Below, in pieces: positions 37,091 to 48,126 of a DNA stretch of 64,000 nt. The first letter of the stretch is position 1. The number at the start of each line of letters is the position of its first letter. Source of the stretch: Glaucostegus cemiculus (taxonomy: Eukaryota); NCBI GenBank assembly GCA_976551045.1, contig CDPCPM010000020.1, forward strand, positions 1,984,001 to 2,048,000, read 5' to 3'. The notes beneath the pieces are model-generated. The model saw only the letters and a list, made by a program, of their open reading frames with translations, searched no databases and was not told where the DNA came from. The position numbers and the translations under genes were made by a program.

Positions 37091-37354
37091 CTAACAGTAA
37101 GTGGAAATGTGTATTTTGGATAACATTAAGATCTGGCTCATCTGTAATGTTTCCCCGATGAAATAGCTAAATTGCTCAGATTCATGCATTAAGATAGTTA
37201 CCTGGGTAAGGTTCAGGTAGGATGTTAGGAACAATGGAGCCATTGGTGCACTGGCTCAGCCACAAGCCTTAGTAAAGAAAAATGAGGGAATGCTCAATTC
37301 TAATTAGTTAACACTATTTTGTTTCTCAATTATGTTACTTCTATATCTTTGCAG

Positions 37355-37540
37355 GTATACTGGGTAGGCCCCCTGATAGGAGGTGCTATTGCAGCTCTGC
37401 TGTACGATTTCATCCTGTTCCCCAGGATGAGAGGTCTCTCAGAGAGATTGGCTATTCTTAAAGGAGCTCATCCCCCAGAAGCTGATGGACAACAGGAACC
37501 CCGGAGTGATCCCATTGAACTCAAAACACAAGCCTTATAA
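37355..37540 (+). CDS. mip: mip/aqp0 exon 4 (codons 203-263 + stop)
   Basis: tatctttgcag|GTA. Encodes [10 protein letters not shown]...[16 protein letters not shown]...[10 protein letters not shown]. 360+165+81+186=792 nt gives 263 aa, the length and C-terminal TQAL of AQP0. Confidence 0.96.
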   Translation, partial: VYWVGPLIGGAIAALLYDFILFPRMRGLSERLAILKGAHPPEADGQQEPRSDPIELKTQAL

Positions 37541-40500
37541 AAGTAGCTTTCTTTTTAAAGAAAGGGGTTTACAACACAAGAACTATCCTATCATCACGAA
37601 GTGACATTGTGAAATTTACTGTGTTGTTACTGAAGGTGTGCTTGAAAGAATATGAATGCTGTTAATGTCCCTAAGCAGGGAATTATAGTACAGAGGGTAT
37701 ATCTAAATTACTGTACAGACAAAGTTATCAAAAACAAGCAAATGGAGATAAATTACTCAGATATTTTCAACATTCTTCAAATTCAGGGTTTGAATGTAAT
37801 AATTCATTCTAATTGGACAAAAAAATCCTCACGAGCTTACTTGATTATTAATCATATTTTACAGTTACATTAAATTTATAACCTGCTGTTTTTAAAATGC
37901 TCGCTAATTGCAAATGCTTTAAGATAATATAATGGGCTGTTTTGATGGGACAAAAATGTTTTTAAGTTCTTTAAGTTCATGAAAAATGTAAGCAAGTTTA
38001 AATTTTACAGCAGTGAAAGTCTGATCAAGCTGGTTAAATCTACCTTTTCTGAAGTAGGATGGATTTTTGTTGATCTTATAACTTCCTTTTTTAAAAACTG
38101 CTCCCCATAACATCACCCAGCCCACCCCCTCACTCCACAACTCCCCAAAATAAAATGGAAGTTTACTTTGGGGAAAAAAAAAATCGCTAAATAAGCAAGT
38201 GCCAACAAGTGGAACTTTGCTGGTAACTTAGTTTTTTGAAAAATTTCTTTTGTAGCCAATAGATCTTATCAGACAGCTAGTGTTTGGTCACTTGGTCCAA
38301 TTTTAAAAAGTTCCCCTCCCACTCCAAGTAGTTTATAGTATTTACATAATCTCTGAGACATTTTTCACATGAACCCAACCCTGTATTATAACAGAACCTT
38401 CAAAATATTTATACATAGATTAGATTGTCTTTCAAGACAATTTAACTCTCAAGACAATTATACAAAGGAGCAAATTGTCCTTGGTCACAAAATCAATCTT
38501 CTGCTTGATGAAAAGTTATACATACAACCACTGACCATTATAGTCCTTTCATTTTGCAAAATAAATGCCAGGAAATTCAGTATTTAATTTAAAAATAGTT
38601 TGGATTGACTCTCTATTTTTTGCCGTGCCCACTCACAAGCTGATATTGGGTACATGCCCTGCATTTTCATGTTGCATCAGCATAGACTTTGGAGTTGCGA
38701 GAATTGAAATTTCAATATGCAGTGTTAAAGACTATAGAACAATTTATTTTGTGGTAGAGGTGCCAGTGTCTTTTTCCACAAAACATGTTGCAGAACTTGC
38801 CTCAAAATGGAAAAATAGTGTCTAATCAATCTGTGTGGAAAATGCAACACTGGTCCTTAATTTTCACATAATCTCTAACACTCTCACAATTCTCAGTAAG
38901 TCCACACCATTCATTTAATCAGTGAGAAACAGAGGCAGAAGGAAATATAATTTTGAAGATTTATGGGTTGGGATGAAAATTTGTATTATGGGGATTTGAA
39001 AGGGTTAAATCAAATCTTTAATGGTTGTAGGATACCTATTCAAAATCTATAAATCTGAAATTCACAAGTTCTAAATGTTCACCAGAATATATTTGGTAAT
39101 ATTCCCATTGAAGACATCATAATGTAAACTACAGTTCAGGAAATCTGCCAACAGTTCTTTACTGTTTATTTGTAGGGTTGTCCAAGTCTTCTACTCTGCT
39201 TGGTATACCAGGAAAGAGATGTAGACTTACTATATTAATAGAGGGGCAGTGGTTACAACCATTCCTCAAGGTTTTCTACTTTGCTGCGTAAAGCACTCAA
39301 GTTGACGAACAATTGTGGGGGAAAGAAAGCAGAGTTCTGTTCCTCATTTTTTTTCTGTTGACCCTTATTTTGTAAACTCCAAGCTAAGACTCAACATGTT
39401 TAGAAAATCCAATGCTGTATTGTTACAAATGGTGGAGCACAGGGCTCCCAAACCTGAATTACAACTCCAAATCCACACAAACATCCAAATACAACATTGG
39501 GTAAATCCTGTCACTTCTTGTTGAAGCTGCTAGATAAGATTATTACATAGTTCAAATATTAGCATCTTGAAAGATGAAGGGATATATGAATACTTCTACC
39601 TCACAAAGTTAGTCACCAGGGCAGCACAGGTGGCATCCGCAAAAAGAGCGCAGACCTTGTCAATCACTTGGCTGCAGTAAAAAGCAGCATGATGAGGCAG
39701 AAGGGAGAGGAAAAGGTACAAAAAAATTAAAATAGCTATGACTTAATAACAATGAATGAACTGAAAGAATAATGTCTATTTTGCACTCTGCATTGTGTTA
39801 AACCTAATATTATAAATTCAATTGATTTGTCAACTTATTCCCCATTGTGAATTCCTTCGGCTGCAGTGAATGGTAACTGGAAAACAAAGTTACTAGGGGA
39901 ATATTCCAATAACATTTAGTCAATTAGCATTTCTGTAAATGTGTTTCCCTGTAACAAACCTCTGGATTTGCACACATGGATTTTTTTTTTTTACAAGCTG
40001 TGTGAGATTTATGCTTTGTGGTGAGGTTTTTGGAAGTTGATTTTAGGAGGAAGAATACTACCCTTATTTGTTTTGGAATGGAGATTTTCTTCCCCTTCCC
40101 AGTCACATGAAATAAAATGTTAATTTAACATTGCCACGATTACTAGGATCAGTTCTTGTATTCAAGGGCAAACAGTTTGGACTTTTCTTGCCCCGCTGAG
40201 AGCAACTCCTTGCGTGTAATCACTTTGGTCTTTTCGACCAAATTTTTTTTGAATTGGGAGTGATGCTACAGTTGTTAAAATAGTGCATCTTTGTGGTATT
40301 GTTAAGGCATTATATTTTGAATAAATAAATTTTGAAAAGTGGCATAGCATTATTTCAGTGAAAGTTTAATTTGGTTGTGATTGCTTTGATGAATTCATAG
40401 TACATCAAATGGAAGTAGACTTAAAATGGCAAGTAAAACTCTGATCATCCTTAAAATATTCAAGATGTTAGTAAGGATGCAGGATGCCTTCTTACCTCAA

Positions 40501-41514
40501 ATTTTGCACTGAAATGACATTAACACGAGTCAGTCATTTGAACTCTCAATTACTCTGTGCTTAAACTTCCCTTTTTACAACCTTTGCAGATTGCTTTAGA
40601 AGGGAAGATATTTTGTTCAATGGTAATGGAAGCATTTTAATGTGGCATGCTTATGGGAAAACCTGCAGAGTTGACTCTTCAAAAAAAGGTCCATTAAACA
40701 AATCAACCTGCAACTGACAAAGGCTTAATTTTTTTTGAACATAGCACTATAATCAATTTTGTGCCTTCTCTAGCAAGATGCTAAAGGAGCTAGAAGTTCA
40801 TGAGAAACAGACTGCACAGACTTATTCTGACATTACGTCAAGCTTAACTGTATCCAGATACAATACACACAGTCAACTGAGCCTTCAGAATAAAACAGCG
40901 ATGTCATAAAAGTGCAAATTTAAAAACATTTTCCCCATCAACTATTTTAATGTGAACAAAAATAAATGAGCTCAATAGAAAGTGCAAGCGTAAATTAAAA
41001 TGTTCTTTATTGTTCTACATTTAACAGGATTCCATACAAATAAGTGCAAAGACTTTTATTTCCTTTTAAACAAAGTATTCACTTGGACTGTATTAATTTC
41101 TACTGTCCTGGAAACCTGTATCAATTGAAACATTAACCTAATGTTTAGAAGAACTTCCTAAAGGTAATCACATTTAAAAAAACTGTCAAACACAGCATAG
41201 CAAACAATATGTACAATATGTACATAATATTAATCCTATCAATTTATAGGATGATGCTGTTTGCAGCAATGGTTGTTCATTTTAATAATATTCTTAAATA
41301 GAGCAAAGTATAAGAATATCAAAATAGTCTGTGGTTTGGTTCTTATATTTAAAAATAAACTATATGGAAGTGGTTTGTAAATAATTGAACAAATGAACAA
41401 TGAGTACTGGACGTTAGAATTAAGAAGGGCATATGCTTTGGAATAACACTAATGTGATGACTTGTCTCCTTATGAGGAGCTATCTAGTTTCAGCGTGGCA
41501 ACTAAGAGCAGGAA

Positions 41515-43210
41515 CTTGAAATAAAAACAGAAAATGTTGGGAATACTCATAAGGTCAGATAGCATCTGTGGAAAAAAGGAGGTAGGATTAATGCTTTAAG
41601 TCTCTGACCATTCATCAGAATAGAAAGACATTACAGAACAAGAGCTCATGAAGAGGAACAGAGCCAGGAAATACGAACTGGGCAGAAAAAGAAATGTCCA
41701 TACACACACAAAGAAGATAAACTGTAAACTAATTTAGCTGGAAGCTAGGGACTGATTGAAAGGCAAAATATGTGTGAGACAGTAAAAGAAAACAATGAAA
41801 GAAATTAGACAAACAAAAGATGTTTCTAGGACCCAGGTATGCAGTAAAGATAAAAGCAGAATTACAGAAAGGCTCCAGTGGCTCACAACAGTAATGGAAG
41901 TAAAAGGCAGGGAGAAACCCAGGTGCAAACCACCAGTGGTCACGTACATCAAGGGGGAATTCCCTTTTCAAGCACTTGGTTAAAACCATCCTTATTCTTG
42001 GAAGTACCAGTACACTCATTCTAAATTACCAGCACGTACCGTCTGAGAGAAAATCAAAGCTGTAGTTTAGTTTTGAAGTTAAAAGACAAATTTTAAGGCA
42101 AAAGAGCTATAAAGTATGGAGTAGAAATATGGGGTCCTGTTTCACGAGCTTGTATTGTGCTCAAAAGAATAGTGCACAAGGCCACGTGCATAAAGACCGA
42201 AGTAAGAGTAAGATGGAGGCTTAATGAGACAGATGACTGTAACCCACAGGATCAAACATAAAAGAAGCATTTAACAAGGAGGTCACCCAATCCAAGTCTT
42301 CCCAACACTGAAAAGAATTCTGCATTTGCCTCCAACCATTGTGAAAGCAGGAAGAGTATACATTAGAAGACAAACTGTCTCACCTGGAAAATTCACTTGC
42401 AATCGCGGGCTGCAGAGCAGAAGGAAGGATGAACAGGTTCAAGGGAAGGTAGCGCTGTGGTTTAGAGTGTCACAAAGGAAATTGTCCCTTTGGAACTGCA
42501 GCAGGCAGAGGTGAAAATATTTTGGGGTTGGGCTGGAGGGGAATGTGAGATCATGTTGGAAGTGGCAGAGACTGATCTGTCAAATGGTGGTACAGTGTGA
42601 GGTGAACTTGGTAATAGATCTGAGATAGATAAGTGGAGTAAGTGCGAGAAATACAATGGATTTGGCTTGCAGCATTCTGTGTACAACAACAGAATGCAAC
42701 CTCTGGCTGAAGAATCTGGAAGACATTTCAGAAGCTCTGGCATATAAGAGTGGCATCATCTGGGCGGATACGACTTAAAAAGAAAGACTCAATGCGATGA
42801 AGTATAATTGAGTTAGCTATGGAAGTCAGTGGGCTCATAGTAATCAATGGACAACCATTAGCCAGATTGGAGATACAGATATTTAGAAAGAGAACAGAAG
42901 TGTCAAGGATGGACTGTGTCAAAAAAACAAGCAACATGTGAAGGTAAATTCATTGATTAATTTCTCCACCATAGACAGAAATCCTCAAGATAGATCAGGG
43001 CAGAGCATGACTGGAGGAATATTGAATGGGTGATAAAACAAAACCAACACAGTGAGAAACCTGGTAACTCCTGTTATTTGGGGGAAAATGTGAAAATGTT
43101 CAGCCAGAAAGAGGAAAGTGAGGAGACAAGAGACTGCAGATGCTGGAACCGGGAGCAATAAACAACCTGGAGGAACTCAGTGGGTCTAGCAGCATCGGTG
43201 GGAGGGGAAT
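41515..43210 (-). mobile_element. Decayed Penelope-like element
   Basis: Bounded by the aaacagaaaatg.tgg.aatactca / gactgcagatgctggaa repeats. Purine-skewed degraded interior (ggaggtcacccaatcc). Confidence 0.45.
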
Positions 43211-44401
43211 GGGGTTGGTGAATGGAGACTGAGGTCACTGATCAAGCAGGTGAATGAGTTACCCACAGACCATCCCAGTTTTTTTTTTTACTGTGAGGAT
43301 CACACTAGTGAGGAGATCTTTTGAGATCAATTTATTAGAATGAAGGATTACAGGTGCCAACGCTATAGCACAGTTCACCAAGGCTACAGTACGCCACACC
43401 TTCCAGAGAAATTTGTAAAATAAAGCATATGTGAAAAAAGCATGAAATTAATTTGAAAATCTCACATGAATTTTTACTGTAATATTAACCACTTTTATCT
43501 AGGCTCAGGTATTTTGAGTACAGCGATTAGACATCTTTGTTAAAAATATTGTTATAAGGGAGTAAAGTTGAGTGCTCATGAGCAGAACGTATAAAAGACA
43601 AAGTATTAATATAATTAAAGGTTGAGTGTACATGACATACATTGTAGATTTTGAAAGATATTCTTTCATCTGGCTGATGTTTGTTTTCAACATTACCATG
43701 CAAGTTTGGGGTTTTCATTGCCACGTGAGGATATTTTGCTTCATATTACATATCAATTACACATTTGCATTGTTGGTCTTTACATTCCAGAGTTGTCTGG
43801 TTTAAACGACAGCTTAATGTCCGTAAGCATAACTAAAAACTTAATTGGTTTATAATGACCGTTTAGCGAAGGAATTTTCTCACTTTACATACAGGACTAA
43901 ATAAGTCCTTTGAGCAGCAAATTAGCTTACTTGGTAATGCTGATTTTTTAGGGGGTAAAAAAAAATCAGTTTTGTTTACTGCAGCACCCTTTGCCAAATT
44001 ATTGGTGAACCCCATGCAAAGTTTTAATAATTATAAAATATCAGCAATTATTAACACCTGCCCCAACCCAGCATATGTGAAGGACAAAATAAATGCCAAT
44101 ATTGGAGCCAAAGATTCCTTTATAAAATGGTAGTTCAAATGTTTTTCCATAAGCAGATTATATTTAAAAAAATCATTAATTTTGACAGAATTTAAATTGA
44201 AGACACAAGTTTGAAACCAAAAAGTCAAATTTATAAATATGATACATAATAAGAAAACTCTGTTAATGTAACTAAATGATTTTAAATTTTGAATTTTTCT
44301 TGATCTCGTCAGTACTGGTATAACAATTCCTGTTTTATGCAAATATGTCATATTCAAACACATTACGTCCAACAGGAATCCGTGACACATTGAATAATGC
44401 T

Positions 44402-44407
44402 TTTATT
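44402..44407 (-). terminator. Candidate zc3h10 polyadenylation signal (alternative distal one at 41006-41011)
   Basis: AATAAA on minus strand followed by GU-rich tgtgtc...tgtgtttg, ~2.5 kb after the stop codon. Confidence 0.35.
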
Positions 44408-46923
44408 CACTCATCTATGTTAATCCTATAACTGAATCCACAGACTAGTTTGAAAATCCCTTGAAAATAATGCAATGTCTAGCATTTGCACCATTTTAAC
44501 TGTGGCTATTACCATGACTTGGTGGTAGTTATTTAGTTTACTATACTCTCAAGTCCATATAGCTCTTAAAATCAAATAAACTGGGACAGCCTCTTGGCTT
44601 CGAAGGACTCCTGAATGTCTTACAAGCATGTTGGCAATATTGTACTTGTGTTAATTTCAGTCAAGGGAATCCTGGAAGTTATCAATGGCAGTTAGGGAGC
44701 TATGGGTGAAGGTTGCCCAGAGAAATGTATATTCCCTCCCCACCTCTACTGCCTTAATATAAATTATAGCACAGCAGCTGAAGAGCTGTTACAAATATCT
44801 AGTAGAATAACAATGGAAACATTGCAAATAGCACATTTGATCATTTAAGCTTCTTTCAATTGTGCAAGATTAGATCATTGGTTCTAATTTCTAGACCTCA
44901 CAAGAACCTGACAAGCATCACGTGCATATTTGAAAAGACTAAATAACTACTATATACAAATTGGAGACAAGGTTAACAGAAAACCAACAATTGGGGTTAA
45001 ATGCCCCCAATAACTAGCTGATTAAACAACAACATAACCAACCTTTGGGTTCAATGTCACAGCTACTCCTTTAAAAACAAGCACCTGGACCAATGAAATT
45101 GAATTGCTACAGTTACAACAAGAGGTTTTAACAGTGAATAAACAAACACCATTCACACTGTTAACTAAATGGAAGATCATTTTGGCAAGTTTCAGGAAAA
45201 TGAATCATCTGGTCATGTGGGTCAGAACATTGAACACAAAATCCCAATAGGTTCTATCCTAATCTATGGATTTCCAGGAGGTAACCACAGTTTAAGAAAA
45301 AAACATACACTGTGTTCAAAATGCCTTTAAAGATATTATCTAGTTTGAAGCCAACTAGCCAGGAAAGGCAAGCTCTGCTCCCAATGGAGCTGGACGCAAG
45401 TTTGCTTTTGAAAGGGAGAAAAGACTTTCAACATGAATGTGCATGTGCCCTACCTGTTACAGCTTGGCTCAGCAAATTTCAAAGGTAGTGTGCAAACGTT
45501 TCCATTCTGGCCCCAAATAAGACAGCCTTAGATGTATTGTAAATTATCAGCTTTTAAAATGTTCCGCACAAGTTCTCAAACAATTTGTACATTTCTTGAA
45601 CTTGCATACAAATTACAATATCTGGATTAAATAGAATATGGATTTTCACACAAGGATTTGAAAAAGGTTTGCCTATCTTGCATTGCTGACCCACGCTGTA
45701 TGCAGAGGAACCGTTTTTGGCACTTGTTTTTTCACCCACTTTACTCAACTATCTTTATCCAATCCTATTCTCATTTCCCTTATTTACTGTCACCATCAAG
45801 AAATGTGCTTTGCTGCAGCTTTGGTGAACTCACAGCTCAAGAGAAGTGACACCGGGGCAACAACAGTGGCAGGCTAGATGCAGAGTCACATTCCATCTAT
45901 GTTTTGTTGACCTCTTGCTCAGAAGGACATCCTTCCTGAATATGTGTATTCCCCATCTGCTCCCATTTCTTCCAATAAGCTAGTTCAAGTAAAATGCCAA
46001 CCCAAGGACATTTTTGTGCTAGACACTGGTGTCCAGCAGAAAAAGAATTCAAATTCCTTTACCTCATATCATTCTTGTAGCTGGCAGAGAACTAAGATTT
46101 TAATCTCATTATTATGGATTTGAACAGATTCTTTCATACACTGGGCATCCAGTGCAACAAGAATGACAAAGCTGAAAGTACACTTTAGGTTCAGTCAGAA
46201 ATAAAATCATTCTAATGGCTTCCAAGTTAATTGGACACTTTGGTAACGCAATGTATTTTTTTCTCATATTGTGAGGATTGGATTGTAGTATCTGGATGGT
46301 TCAGAAAGTTTAAAAAGTATTTGTATTTAGCTAGTGCCACCTCATCTTCAAAACACACCAAAAAGTTTCACATACAGAATTACTTCCTGAAGTGCAATGG
46401 CCACTATCTGGGAAAATACAGCAGTCATTCAGCGCCAGCAACATCCACAAAATTTTTTTTAAATAATTCCTTTTTGCTTGTTATTGCCAGAAAAATTTAC
46501 AATTTCATATGCTACTACATTTCAGTTTTGCGTCAAGAAAGCAAACAGTTAAGCATGGGAGACAAAGGAGAAAAGTAGATCTGAATATTTGCGCAGCATC
46601 GCAGCCCAGTGATTTGTTTGTTCTAACACAAAAACTTTTATATAAAAAAAATGCTTTTGTGTCACTTGCACTCATTTTAAGTTGGATAATGGATTTACAG
46701 GAGTTGATGAAGTGAGCACAAAATTACGAGGGGATAAAACAAGTGTTCAGAATATACAATGAATTGAAGAGGAACTGTTTATAGACACAAAAAGAAATAA
46801 ATGCTGGGTCAGAATCCTATTTGGCTTTGGCGTGCATATTTATATAACACACGTCATGGGAAGCAACATAGGAACACAGAATTTCTTCTAAAGTCTTTAT
46901 GCATTTCTTTATATCAAGGCTTC

Positions 46924-48126
46924 TCAGTGAGGAATTGCTGTTATTCTCATACTCTGTGATGCAATTGGATAAGTAACCATTGGTGTGGTGGCATGGCTTA
47001 TGGTGATTCCTGGCAGCGCTTGTGCAATTGATACTGTCACTGGTGCAACAGAGACAGCCACTGGGGCCATGGAAACTGGAGGTGCCATTCCCTGGGCAAT
47101 GGTCTGGGCAAGTGCCGCAGGGAGAGAAGCAATTTCAGGATTAAGATGCTGTGCTGTTGGTGCAGCATTGGTAGGTGGTGCAGCAGAAGCTGCAGCAGTT
47201 GCCACTAGATCTTGCTGGGTGACAGGTCGCGGTTGAAGTGCTTGGCTACTCAAAGTGGTGTGAGTCTGTGCTACACCATGGTTGTAATTGGTCAGTGTAG
47301 CCACAGTTGGTGCTGCCAGTATTTGCTCTGTCGCTGTGGGAGTGGAGGTCAGCGTCACCACCTTAGTTTGGTTGCGAAAATGTGCGTTTTGCTCCAAAAG
47401 CACCTCATTAGTTGCCATCAAATTTGAGATCTGTTTTTTGAGTTCTTCAACACGCTTTCGAAGCATCAGATTCTCCTCTTCTAAAAATCTATAGTCCACT
47501 GGACGCGAGTTTGAGATACTAAAATCATAACTTTCAAATCGCAAGCCATCCACTCTTCTCCTCTTTAGTATATGGTCATAGTCAGTATAACGATCAGTGT
47601 CATAGAGGTCATCAAATGGGTCATATCGCCGCACTACAGGAGAAAGCACTTGGTCTCGTGCCAATCTCTCTAAAGTTCTGTTTTCATACTCATATTCATC
47701 ACGTTTTAAGTGCCGAAATTTACATTTAGATCCTCTTTGACAGTCCCCTTTCAGGTAATCTCGGCAGATTGGAACCTCACCTTTTTTAAAAGAAAGGTCA
47801 GAAGGTGAAAGGCCAAGACCCATGGCCACTGTAAGGCGCAGACGTGGGGGAAGCTCTCCTGATTTTTTGTAATGTTCCTCATCTTCCTTTGTCCCGTGAA
47901 TAAACTTGCAGTTGATACGAGTGCACTCCTTGTTCTGATAATCATGGCAAAAGACAAACTCATTTTTTTTAACACCCAAGTCGGACACCTCATTAATGTC
48001 GGGGTGGTAGAACTTGCAGCGCTTGCCACGTTTGCAGACATTGCGCAGGAAGTCACGGCAAATATCATCTGAGCTGTGGCCAGCCTCGTCATTACCACTG
48101 TTAAATAAATTATCTTTATCCGGCAT
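46924..48126 (-). CDS. zc3h10: Zinc finger CCCH domain-containing protein 10, single coding exon (400 aa)
   Basis: ATG at 48126 (the ORF track's 48132 start is GTG). MPDKD..., three CCCH fingers (CRDFLRNVCKRGKRCKFYH, CHDYQNKECTRINCKFIH, CRDYLKGDCQRGSKCKFRH), KRRR basic patch, coiled coil LEEENLMLRKRVEELKKQ, end ASQSMRITAIPH. Acceptor gattttctttttcag| ahead of 48171. Confidence 0.95.
   Translation of the reverse strand: MPDKDNLFNSGNDEAGHSSDDICRDFLRNVCKRGKRCKFYHPDINEVSDLGVKKNEFVFCHDYQNKECTRINCKFIHGTKEDEEHYKKSGELPPRLRLTVAMGLGLSPSDLSFKKGEVPICRDYLKGDCQRGSKCKFRHLKRDEYEYENRTLERLARDQVLSPVVRRYDPFDDLYDTDRYTDYDHILKRRRVDGLRFESYDFSISNSRPVDYRFLEEENLMLRKRVEELKKQISNLMATNEVLLEQNAHFRNQTKVVTLTSTPTATEQILAAPTVATLTNYNHGVAQTHTTLSSQALQPRPVTQQDLVATAAASAAPPTNAAPTAQHLNPEIASLPAALAQTIAQGMAPPVSMAPVAVSVAPVTVSIAQALPGITISHATTPMVTYPIASQSMRITAIPH

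Noticed and set aside
37538-37546. Stop-codon read-through as in AQP4
   Set aside because: Stop is TAA followed by AAG TAG, with no TGA-CTAG context.
46985-48098. Antisense and alternate-frame ORFs over zc3h10
   Set aside because: Shadow ORFs expected from an Ala/Thr/Pro-rich coding strand.
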